Assembly (NCBI RefSeq): GCF_963506605.1 | Contig: NC_083286.1 | Location: 30,876,001 to 30,940,000, forward strand | DNA length: 64,000 bases | Source of the DNA: Zootoca vivipara | Taxonomy: Eukaryota | Reading direction: 5' to 3' | Shown here: positions 12,226 through 23,300 of the stretch, one piece after another | Layout of the letters: the number at the start of each line of letters is the position of its first letter | Position numbering within the stretch: position 1 is the first letter of the stretch | Notes under the pieces: generated by a model | Told to the model about the DNA's origin: nothing | Database searches by the model: none | What the model saw: only the letters and a program-made list of their open reading frames with translations | Position numbers and translations under genes: made by a program

Positions 12226-13801
12226 TTTCACATACGACAGAGGGCAAGGCATTCCACAATAGAGCAGAAATAGTGGGAAATGCCTATTTTTGTGTCGCCA
12301 CCCTATGAAATTCTGTAGGGTGCAGTACCACAATTTTCCCAGGTGCTCCAAGTGACCATATAGTCAGTAGAAGTTAGCAGGGTGGTGTGAATGGGGCTGC
12401 GTTGCTGACCTGGCTTCCCAACATACTGTACTGTAGTTACTGAGAGGAGGCAGGGCCAGGCAGCAGGGAGATGGACACTGTATGGATGCAGCCACGAAAC
12501 TGATGGATTGGCTCCACCACTGGGCCTGCACTTCAACAAGCTCCCCACCACCTTGCCTGCTACCTCTGAGTTACTGGCAGTGACATGCACGCTTGGGAAG
12601 CCAGATCAGCATCGCAGCCCCACCTGGGCCACCCCAGGAACATTTCTAGGTCTCTGAAAGAACAAGTAGTTTTTCAGGTAACCTGCTCCTGAGGTTTTAC
12701 TCTCAAGGTAGTGTGCGTAGGATAGAAGTCCAGCTAGATGAATTTGTTGACCCTATGCTTCACTTTTAGGAAGAAAAACAGGCAGAAAGAGAAATAAATG
12801 AATGTATTTTAATCTCTACAGTGATGACATTATCTAAGCACCAGTATTAGTGCTGTTTAACAATAGAGTTGCACCAATATATGCATTCTGTTCCGTCCAT
12901 TAGAAATACAAATGCCCTGGCTGCCTTCTTTCTTTGCCATTTACAAGAGTCACAGATGTGCAAAGAGGAAGCTTAAAACACCCATTCTTTCCCCGCCCCA
13001 CAGGAAAAGCTGCTTCAGCAGGTTTAAAAAAAAAAAAAGGAGACTCTGCTAAATGCTGACGACTTGCACTATTTATAGACAGCCAACTCTGACAGCAATC
13101 AAATTGAGACTTACTCTTATGTAGATTCATGCTGAATACTGAAAGCAGAGCTGACCCAGATCTAATAGAACAAGAACATTTCCCTACATTCTGTGATTCA
13201 GAGAATTGTCCTTAAGTTGATGTCACTGCATTAAATTATTAAGTATTGATTTTTGACAACAAAAGCATTTTTTTAAAATAAAAAACCATTTCCATTAAAG
13301 CACAGCTCATATTAATTTAAACATATTTTAATTAGTTGCTACCGTAGTTGTTCTGTTAATTTATTACCTCAAATTGTTTAATAACAACTAATTAAAATAA
13401 AAATTTATTAAAATGTAGTCTAAGGGTTCATCCACACTTTCACTTGACCCATATCTTGACTACTGTATATGGTGTGCTGATGAATCCCCCCCCCCAGGTC
13501 CAAGAGCTTTTCTTGTTGTTCTGCGGCTGTGCTTTGCAAAAATCCAATCCTACCACTGAATCACATCGTATCAGGTTCACGGCAAACTGTGAGGTATAAA
13601 CAAGTCATGCTGCTGCCTGTCTTCCACCAGCTGATCTTAGATTGGGAATGCTACATTCAGGGCAAGGCCAGCCATGGCATTTCAGATGGAGAGTGGATGG
13701 GTGGAGACTCCAAATTATGGGGTAGGAGAGCTGAAAATAATGCCAATAAACTTCACATCTGGCAACCAATGCACCCCTTTGGTTTCAGATATTACATGGG
13801 T

Positions 13802-14015
13802 GCTGTTGTTTCATCGTTTAGTCGTATCCAACTCTTCGTGACCCTATGGACCAGAGCACGCCAGGCCATAGCTGCCAAGTTCTCCCTTTTTTAAAGGGAA
13901 ATTCCCTTATGCTGAATAGGCTTCCTTGTGAGAAAAGGGAAAACTTGGCAGCTATGCGCCAGGCACTCCTGTCTTCCACTGCCTCCCGGAATTTCGTCAA
14001 ACTCATGTTAGTAGC
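13802..14015 (-). mobile_element. Bov-B 3' fragment containing a nested hAT MITE
   Basis: Bov-B tail sequence with 11-bp TSD attacatgggt (13791-13801, 14016-14026). Confidence 0.9.
13867..13956. mobile_element. 90-bp hAT MITE (CATAGCTGCCAAGTT TIR)
   Basis: Perfect 15-bp TIRs and perfect 8-bp TSD cgccaggc. Confidence 0.92.
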
Positions 14016-14297
14016 ATTACATGGGTAGATGAGTCTAAAAAGCCCGAGAGTTGGGACACAAATTTTCAGGGCCCTCTAGCAGCTATAGTGACTCATTTAC
14101 CAGAAGTAATGTATTTAGGGTTAACTCTGGAAGTGTACAGTATACTCAATTCTCCTAGAGGCTTAGGTTGGTCATAATCAATTGTACACTTCTAGAGTTA
14201 ACTCCAAATACATTACTTCAGGTAAGTGAGCCACCATACCTGCTAGAGGGCCCTGAAAATTTGTGTCCTGGGATTTTTAGACTCATCTACCCATGTT

Positions 14298-14633
14298 CTC
14301 TTGAGAATCCCATAGACTGCAAGGAGATCAAACCTATCCATTCTGAAGGAAATCAGCCCTGAGTGCTCATTGGAAGGACAGATCCTGAAGCTCAGGCTCC
14401 AATACTTTGGCTACCTCATGAGAAGAGAAGACTCCCTGGAAAAGACTCTGATGTTGGGAAAGATTGAGGGCACTAGGAGAAGGGGATGACAGAGGCTGAG
14501 ATGGTTCGACAGTGTTCTTGAAGCTATGAACATGAGTTTGACCAAACTGCGGGAGGCAGTGGAAGACAGGAGTGCCTGGCATGCTCTGGTCCATGGGGTC
14601 ACGAAGAGTCGGACACGACTAAACAACTAAACA
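14298..14633 (+). mobile_element. Bov-B 3' fragment
   Basis: Plus-strand match to the other Bov-B copies, ending gagtcggacacgactaaacaactaaaca. Confidence 0.93.
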
Positions 14634-14716
14634 ATGTACCATCTGAAACCCAATTGGTCTATTGGTTGCCAGATGTGATTTTTTCCCAGCTCTCCTATCC
14701 CACTAAAAGCGATTGA

Positions 14717-14870
14717 TAGATTTACAGAAAATCATCGGATCAGCAACAACAAAGAATGTTGTAATTCCTTTTCCTTTTTGAGCCAAAAGTATTTAGATTT
14801 ACAGAAAATCATCGGATCAGCAACAACAAAGAATGTTGTAATTCCTTTTCCTTTTTGAGCCAAAAGTATT
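14717..14870. repeat. Perfect 77-bp tandem duplication
   Basis: tagatttacagaaaatcatcgg...gccaaaagtatt is present twice head-to-tail (starts 14717 and 14794). Confidence 0.93.
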
Positions 14871-14874
14871 TGAA

Positions 14875-15030
14875 ATCCGAACTTAGCCATGAAGCTCATT
14901 GGATGACTTCAGGCCAGTCACTGTCTCTTAGCTTAACTTACCTCTTGGGGTTATTGTGAGGATAAAACAAATAGTGGGAAAACCACCCACCACACCTTGA
15001 ACTCTTTGGAGGAGAGGTGGAATATAATTA
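14875..15030 (+). mobile_element. Squam3/MIR-like SINE fragment
   Basis: agccatgaagctcattggatgactt...cagtcactgtctct...acctcttggggttattgtgaggataaa. Confidence 0.6.
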
Positions 15031-15867
15031 TATAATAATGAATGCAACAGCAACAATCCATTTACGTGTTTATACCAGCAACAACAACGCACCCCCAAGA
15101 ACCCCCATATCCCCCTCCTCATGATATATCAATCTTCCCTGCACAATCAATTTAACTTAGCCAGTCTCTTCCCGATTGCATTTCCCCATTGGGGGGGGGT
15201 GCATCAAGGTTTTGAATGACAACACTTCAGCTGTGAAGCACACAGTGAACTTTTCCCACCATTCCCCTGTTATATTCTTGGCATGCTCGGAGTAAAAACC
15301 ACAGCAACATAATATTGGATTACCTCAACAGCTATCTTACTATAATTTGTAATATACCATTTACAGGTTAAAAAAACAGAGAGGTGATGAGACATTGGAA
15401 GTCAAAACACATAGAATGCCAGGCATCTTCGCCCCCAAGCTTTGATTGATGCCTACCATATCTGGGTTTGTTTGTTTTTACAGCGAACAAAACAAAAAAC
15501 CAGTTTGGCAACTACCTCTGAGAAGGTGCAGTTTCACATTTTAAACTAATTTAACTCATTGTTGTTTTTTCTTACTTCCTGCCTTGGGCCAGCCAGCCAT
15601 CAGCCCAACCTATCACGCTTAGCTTGTGAAGATACGGAAAGAGGAATGAAATGGCTGCAAAAGGCAATTTAATGCTTGTAGGATGGACATCTGTTTTTGC
15701 TACCTTTAGTCAGAGTGATGCATCTTCCTATTGCAATGAACATGTTTCTTCTGTCTCTGCAGTACAAATCCCACCGGTCTTCAACTAAGCTTAATTCCAG
15801 GTTGGCGTGTACATGGAATCCTCTACCCATGAACCTTTCTCTGCCCCTTTCTCATAAAAAAAAGGTC

Positions 15868-15952
15868 TGGGCTGCAATCCTGTAGCTGGGAGTAAGCCCC
15901 ATTAAATGCAAAGAAACTTACTTCTAAGTAGACATCTATACCATTGTACTGT
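15868..15952. mobile_element. Short degenerate palindromic MITE family member
   Basis: gcaatcct...gagtaagccccatt...acttacttctaagta motif. Recurs degenerately at ~2840, 3490, 4485, 7020, 11575, 40580 and 62200. Confidence 0.45.
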
Positions 15953-16577
15953 AAGTTAACCACATGCTGAATTCATTATGAGTGCCCAGACTTTAGGAGA
16001 CATGCCAAACCTCTTTGCAAAGTTTTCCCATTTTGAAATATGGCAACTTAGAACATAACACAGATGAAGAATGGAACATGAGAATAGCATGATGACTGCA
16101 CAGACAAAACAATCAGAGTAATATGAACAAGAATCCTAGGCTTTTATTTCCTACCCTAACTGAAGATTTAGCTCACACAGAAATACCCCAAAGGATTTCT
16201 AAATTCCCTAGCTAAAGCACTTATTTGCTGAGCCAGTGCTGTGGGCCAAGTTTCTGTGGTCTCCAGCTGGGTAAGAGAGTAGGAAAGTAAGAAAATGAGT
16301 GGCTATGTGTGTGTGAATACATCCACGAAGTGTGTATGATACTTCCAGATGGGAGTTTATCCTAGATTCAGGGCTTCTCATGCGCACAAGTTATGCCCCA
16401 CTCCCCAGTGTCCATGTGACATTGTCATAATAAAAATGCCAGCCTATGCTTTCTATCTATTTTATCCAGACTTCCCCTTACCAGTGGTGGACCTACATTT
16501 TATGAGCCCTGAAACTTGAACTGTCATGGGCCCCCCTTCACAATAAGCAACAGAGTCTGGGTAAGAAGAACAACAAT

Positions 16578-16765
16578 TTTATTATTTAGACCCTGCCAAT
16601 CTGGCTGGGTTTCCCCAGCCACTCCGGGCACTTCCAGCACATATAAAAACATAATAAAATGTCAAAAATTAAAAGCTTCCTGATACAGGGCTGCCTTCAG
16701 ATGTCTTCTAAAAGTTGTGTAATTCTTTATCTCCTTGACATCTGGGAGGGTGTTCCACAGAGAGG
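16578..16765 (-). mobile_element. L2-like LINE 3' end
   Basis: ctggctgggtttccccagccactc...cagggctgccttcagatgtcttcta. Homologous to 19012, 25335, 56345 and 61511. Confidence 0.75.
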
Positions 16766-16825
16766 CACTCTTCTTCAAAGGTGTTGTTCCATGACAGATC
16801 ACCACACCTTTACAACATCAGAGCT

Positions 16826-17289
16826 TTTTGTTGTTTAGTCGTTTAGTCGTGTCCGACTCTTTGTGACCCCATGGACCATAGCACGCCAGGCACTCCTGTC
16901 TTGCACTGCCTCCCGCAGTTTGGTCAAACTCATGTTCGTAGCTTCGAGAACACTGTCCAACCATCTCGTCCTCTGTCGTCCCCTTCTCCTTGTGCCCTCA
17001 ATCTTTCCCAACATCAGGGTCTTTTCCAGGGAGTCTTCTCTTCTCATGAGGTTGCCAAAGTATTGGAGCTTCAGCTTCAGGATCTGTCCTTCCAGTGAGC
17101 ACTCAGGGCTGATTTCCTTCAGAATGGATAGGTTTGATCTCCTTGCAGTCCATGGGACTCTCAAGCGTCTCCTCCCACCGTAATTCAAAAGCATCAATTC
17201 TTCGGCGACCAGCATTCTTTATGGTCCAGCTCTCACTTCCATACTGGGAAAACTATAGCTTAAATTGTACGGACCTTTGTTGGCAAGGT
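16826..17289 (-). mobile_element. Bov-B LINE, 5'-truncated
   Basis: Bov-B C-terminal ORF; imperfect TSD catcag(a/t)gct. Confidence 0.95.
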
Positions 17290-17926
17290 CATCAGTGCTA
17301 CTGACTCTCAAACTTTGGGATTGTTGAAATATATACAACAAAAATAACAACCAATTTGAGTCGTGCCAGTCAGCAATCATGATGCTGCATGATGCCTGCA
17401 TGATGCTGACTGAGACACCCCTTGATTCTATTGTCATTTCCTCTCAGTTTCTGGTAAGTACAGGAATACTATTTCTATTTCTACTAGTTTGCTGCTTCAC
17501 CAGATATTCTGGTATTATATGCATACGTACACACACACACACACACACATATACACACTGTTGGTGTTTCAAAAACTGTCTGGCTCACTGGTGGCTGTGA
17601 GGAAGACACTTAAGAATGTCGTGCCTCAATTTCTGTTCTCTGAGGAAAGCAGAGGAGAATAACCAAGATGTTATGTGTCTCAGAAATGAGAGATGGATGT
17701 GGTTAAACACATCCTCACTCTGTCAGAAGCACTGAGTTCATAACACCTTCAGAGAGCTAAAGTCTTCTGCCTCAATTTCCGTTCTCTGGCAAAGAATGAC
17801 CAAAATGAACTGTATCTCAGAAATGAGAGGTGAATGTGGTTTAAATTTAAGTTTAGTTTCATACCATTCTTCCCCATAGCAGGTCACAATAGGCATGCGA
17901 ACTTATTATCAAAATGCGTAACACCC

Positions 17927-18140
17927 TCAGTGTGGTGTAGTGGTTTGAGTGTCGGATTAGGACCTGGGAGACCAGGGTGCAAACACTCCTTGCCCATGAA
18001 GCTCACTGGGTGACCTTGAGCCAATCACTGTCTCTCAGGCTAGCCTACCTCAGAGGGTTGTTGTGGGGATTAAAAGATGGGGAGAACCATGTATGTCACC
18101 TTTTGCTCTTTGGAGAAAAAGTTGGCATGTAAAGGCAACA
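17927..18140 (+). mobile_element. Squam3/MIR-like SINE
   Basis: cagtgtggtgtagtggtttgagtgtcgg head and ctgggtgaccttgagcc core. Confidence 0.75.
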
Positions 18141-19011
18141 AATAAAAAGAATAATTTAGTGTCCACATAATAACCTGAAGTATCTGTTATTTTTGGAGGT
18201 AATTTTCCTCTTTTGTTCTCTTGATTTGAGAGAGAGAGAGAAATAATACATCACACAACTGAATAATTGAATATACCCATCAAGGAGGAAAAGTTAATTG
18301 TGTTGATTTAAGCTTTTGAAGAGCTAGATAAAATGGCTGTGACATAGGCTAATCCTCTATTCCAAACCACATATTTGCTGAATAGCTTTGTGGCAAACTG
18401 TTTTTAATGGTTTTTGCAAGTGCCAAAAGGGTTTCTAATTTCTTTTCACCAGTAAGACCTCTTCTATTATTAAGCCACCTGGTGGCGATATTTGACAAGG
18501 AATCAAGACTGGCCTCTTCTGGGCAACTGATTTGTAGGCACTAGCCAGGCTGCAATAAAAGATGGCTTCAGAATGTCTTCTGTGTGGTGCTGGGATTTTA
18601 AGGCACCTTCAGCTTTTGTGCTTACTTGCAGCTGACCATAGACACCATATATCCCCAAAGACCACGACTACCCTGTAAGCACAACTTCCAATCAGACTGC
18701 TGTGTTATATGTTTCACATTAGGTTTTTGGGAAGCTGCACCCTCAGGCCTCTTCCAGGCCACTCTTAATGCAAGGCTCAGTTTCTGCAACCGCTCTTTGC
18801 ATGTTAAAACCAGACTTGAGTTGTATTGACTTTAAAACACTGACCCTGCTTGGTGATTATGCCGTCATGTCTCTGTATCACAATGTAACATTTTCTCTCT
18901 TTGTACATGGAGCTTCATAGAGTAACATCAGCGAAAGCAAAAACATGTCAGGTCCCTAGCACAAGGAGTTTACAAACTAAATTACAAAAGACTGGAGGGG
19001 ACTTAATGAGG

Positions 19012-19285
19012 CAGCCAATCCGGGCAGCTTCCAACATAATAAAAACACAGCAAAACATCAAACATTAAAAACTTCTTGATACAGGGCTGCCTTCGAATGT
19101 CTTTGGAATGTTGTATAGTTATTTATCTGCTTGACATCTGATAGGAGGGCATTCCACTACCAAGAAGGCCCCCTGCCTAGTTCCCCGTAACTTCACTTCT
19201 TGCAGTGGGGGAACTGCCGGAAGACCCTTGGAGCTGGACCTCAGTGTTCGACCTGTATGATGGGGGTAGAGACGCTCCTTCAGGG
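19012..19285 (-). mobile_element. L2-like LINE fragment
   Basis: Homologous to the 16578 and 61511 copies and extends into the ORF end (RTLRSSSKGL). Confidence 0.75.
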
Positions 19286-19673
19286 AAGATGGACAGTTGT
19301 TGTTGAGTAAGCGATTTTGCACAAGAAGTAGCACGAGCTAAAGTAGCATAATAGTACAAAATGTCATGCAATAGGTTAACACTGTGAAACGCTTCCACCA
19401 TTAAGAATAGAGCAGATGTTCTGTTAGAGGGCTGTCACATCCAGGCATAATCCTACTGTACATGTTTTATTCATCTCCCAAGATTCACAGATTTCACTGA
19501 CAGCAGGGCATGTCCCTGTTAATTTCACTCCCATTATGGTCCATGGGAGGATGTTGGTGTTGGGAAGGAGAAACCAGAAATGGCTAAAAAGAGAAGATAA
19601 ATCAATCCTACTTCTACATGTAGGTCTTGCATGTGTTGGAACAACCTCCACTGAATCGCCTCTCACCCTATAC

Positions 19674-19772
19674 TAGGGCTGCCATACGTCTGGTTTCCTC
19701 CGGACATCACCAGGAAAGCTCAACAATTTTCGGGATGTCCTGGTTTTTTCTTTTTGAAATATGGCAACCCTA
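19674..19772. mobile_element. hAT MITE (Blackjack-like TAGGG(T/C)TGCCA TIR)
   Basis: TIRs tagggctgccata / tatggcaacccta; 6/8 TSD ccctatac / tccaatac. Confidence 0.7.
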
Positions 19773-19807
19773 TCCAATACCTACTTAACTGGGAGCATTA
19801 AACTAAG

Positions 19808-19995
19808 CATAGGAGTCAACTCCTAGGGGCCGAAGGGTCTTTGCCCCCTTCTCCCATAAAATAATTGAGGGGGCCAGGCCTCCACAAAGTTGATGGGCAC
19901 TGCCCTTCAGATTGTGTGCTTGCACCATGTCACCGATTATGCGGGGCAGGGCTTGCCTGCCCTCCCCCATTGTTTTGTTCAAGTTGGCACCCCTG
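19808..19995. mobile_element. hAT MITE
   Basis: Ends cataggagtcaact / agttggcacccctg; 7/8 TSD aaactaag / gaactaag. Homologous to 29670. Confidence 0.75.
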
Positions 19996-20119
19996 GAACT
20001 AAGTAAGGCTTGTTTTCGAGCAGACATGTTGGCACAGTAAGAAGCAAACCACAAACACAAAGTGGATTTTGAAAGGCTTGGAGTTTAAGAAAATAGAGGT
20101 GGAATTACATAGATGTTCT

Positions 20120-20335
20120 GCAAAAGGCAAATTCATGGAGGATAAGGCTCTCATAGTTATGGCAACTATCTACTACCTCCAGGATAACATGCCAAATGTC
20201 TTGGAACACCAGTCACTGGGAGAGGGCTGTTGTGCTCATGTCCTGCTTGTGGGCTTTCCAGGGGCATCTGCTTGATCGCAGTGAGAAAAAGGATGCTGGA
20301 CCAGACAGGCTTTTGCTCTGATCCAGTGGAGCTCT
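20120..20335 (+). mobile_element. CR1-like LINE 3' end
   Basis: ttcatggaggataagg...gctcatgtcctgcttg...gatgctggac...ctgatccag. Homologous to 61245-61492. Confidence 0.65.
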
Positions 20336-23300
20336 TTTTAGTGGCGCTAACTTCTCTGTGGACTTTTCAGCAAATTAACAACAATAGATGAAGCAGGAGC
20401 GTTACAGTGGTGTCCTTTAGATCCAAATGTAATGGGTGTTCACTGTGCCAACACTTCTCTGGATTATGCCCAGAATGTGCAGCCTTCTAGGTATGCATTG
20501 ACATAAAAGAATGGCTGGAGGTGTTAGCAGCAGAAGATTCATCTGTGGCGCTGGCTCACTAAGGGCTGGCACATGTTCACTACAAAGACGAGTGCCAAAG
20601 AACCGAGGCAAGGGTGGGGTAGTTTTCATATTGCAAAATCTGCAAAGCAAAACAGCACGCAGTGCAATTCACAACATACTTGGCTATGTAAAAAGCTGCT
20701 GAGACATCACAAGTTACATCCAAAATTGTGTGCAAACAGTAAAATTAAAATGAAAAGCACAATGCACATCTTCTAGTTGTTGTTGTTGAGTTGTTTTTTT
20801 TCACACAACCCGTTAATAATGTGGCTTTTAAGATGTGGAAAACCACAGCAATAAACTAGTTAGGACTCCTTTCCCAAGCCACTGCCAAGTGTAGCTGTAA
20901 AACCACCATCCAACAGCAACATTTTAATAATCCGCATTTTTAGCATTCCCCATGTTCGACGCTGGCTGTTTAAAAGAGTTGTAAAACGCCTTCAATGGGG
21001 AGCATTGTAGATTGGTGCAGGTGTGGCTGCGGTTGGGTGCTACTAATGTCTGTGTGTATTGATACTTGGGGGTTAATATATCAATGCAAAAGCCCAAAGC
21101 ACCTGTAAAAATACAGAAAGGTGACGGAGCAACAAGGGAGAAAGGAAAAAGAGAACTTTGTGTGGGCTTTAAGAATTGCCCTTGAGAAATGCCTGAAACG
21201 CACATGAGCCATGTAATACTGGGCTGCACATTAATATGAATCCAGCACAACTCCTAGTGTTACATATTTGACAAATCTGCAGTAGAACTGCATACGGCTG
21301 CTCACAACCACACCCGATGAGCAAAGAAATGTGCCTTGCAGATTTGTACCCTTTTCCGACCCTCAGTTATCACCACAGGATACTTTACAAGAGAGGTAGG
21401 AAACCTCTGGCCTGTGGACCTAAGGAGGCTCAGCATAGATCCCACTTTGCCCAAACAACACCTCCTGCCTCACACCTGACATTGTATGCTCCATGAGGTA
21501 TGGAACAAGTAAGAACGCAGCTGCAAAAGAAAAGAAAAAAAGAGCTTAAAGAGCCATATACAGCTTAATCAAGCAAGTATGCTGCTTACTTCCATGGCAT
21601 CACATCTACATGGGGACCATATCTGCACACAGTATGCAAGAAGAATCCATTGAAAATGGACTCTCAAGCATATTTCCTTCTGTCCTCCCATTTGACCCCT
21701 ATCATGGAATGGGCTTTTGCTATGAATGCTTTTCACCTTAGTTCTGTGGCATGAAAGTTTTTTTTAAAAAAACATGCATATTATTTGTAAACTTGGCTAT
21801 TTACATATTCACTATTGCCATCCTAACAGAAGCACCATTGCTTTCCTTTGTTTTGTTAGTGGATTTTGCATGCATATTAGTTGCTTCTAGCCAGAAGCAG
21901 CCTATAGGTGCTAAGGCTGCAATCCTCCTCAGAAATATGGCCCTGATTTCCTGTATCTTTGACCCTGTGTGCTTCTGTTTTGATGAGACTTTGGCCCTGA
22001 TCCTTGATCCTTGTTTGTCTTTTGGCCTAAATTGGTTTACAGACCTGACTTCTGGTTTGTTCCTTGCCTGCACTTCCTGATTTGTCCTTTGGTTCTGACT
22101 ACTGGCTCTCATCCCATGTCTCCTGAATGTGTATGTGAGAGAGCTCATGCCCTCGAACTTTCTGGTGATGGGGCTGCAAAGGGAAAGGGAGAGTCATACA
22201 AAAGTGTCACCCTGTTTCTGCTGATGGGAGAACCTCATTAGCAGAATTCCACTGATAGGTTACTTCCACCAGTGGGACCTAAATTAGATCCTAAGCCATT
22301 ATCTGAGGCCTTCCTTGTTTTGATTGATGCCAGGTAGGTAAGCCTTATGTCTACTAGGCTGTGGTCTAATCCTGAATGGAAATATAGGCTGGATCCTAAT
22401 GCATTTTAGCAGGTACAAGCTGCAGAACTTGCTACGGTAATCACCAAGTGTGAGTTTCTCCATATAGTTTAAGTTGCACTACTTGACTTGCTGTGTGATA
22501 AAACACTTAAAAAGGTTAAAAACTGGAAGTGTAGAGATGTGTAGAGATGAAAGGAATAATTGGCATATAATTGCAATATACATCTTTAGATTCAGAGTGT
22601 TGGAAAAGTTTTTTTAAAAAATAAACCCACACACAAGCAACCCCCCCAATAATTAAAGGATTAATTTTTATAGGCTAAAGTTTCTCTGCCAGAAAAACTT
22701 GTGCAGTGTTTAAATAGCCCAATTAAGGGAGGAAAAAAATGCCCTTAAGCACCTAACACCTACTAAAAAATAAATTATTAATTGATTTCTTTAATTCCAA
22801 TCGCAAGATGCATGATTTAAGTTCCGATGTATAATCAGCTAAAACTGATAGGGGACGAATTAAACTACTGTAATGATCATGTACAATCAATGTGAATTTC
22901 TCTTCTGCCATGAGAAAGCCTAGTACCTTCAGTGTCGATCCATGTAATGAGGGGCTGGTATGCTGGCAGAGAGGACTTATGCCAGCATTGCACCCCTGTT
23001 GCAAGTCCAAGCCTCCCATTAGGTAAAGTGAGGCAGCTGCCTCAGGCAACAGATGCTGAGAGAGTGGTGGCAAAATGCTGGAGGACATCACCTGCCCTTG
23101 CATCTCCTTAACTAATCAGCTAAGCCTGCTGCCCTCAGGTGCAGTGTGGAGGATACTGACCTATCACCAATGTTGCAGCAAGGTTCAGCTGTTAGTTCAG
23201 TCAGCTTCTGTCTGTAAATGGAATGGGGCGCCACCACCTTGTCCTTTGCTTAAGGCAGCAAAATGCCTCTGCTCAGCTTTACACTGTTGCACCAGCATCA

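Larger units (their letters stand above)
13719..14701. mobile_element. Large fold-back (palindromic) element, interrupted by two Bov-B insertions
   Basis: 13719-13800 is the imperfect reverse complement of 14634-14701, and 14019-14139 is that of 14183-14296. The spacer is ~43 nt. Confidence 0.8.

Noticed and set aside
12076-12351. PolyQ ORF
   Set aside because: It is a microsatellite at the end of an L2-like tail.
20524-20560. tagcagca miR-15/16-type seed
   Set aside because: The rest does not match family members, and there is no convincing precursor hairpin.
21900-22140. Possible LTR remnant (also ~35950-36170 and ~48280-48800)
   Set aside because: The composition is LTR-like, but I could not find termini or TSDs.
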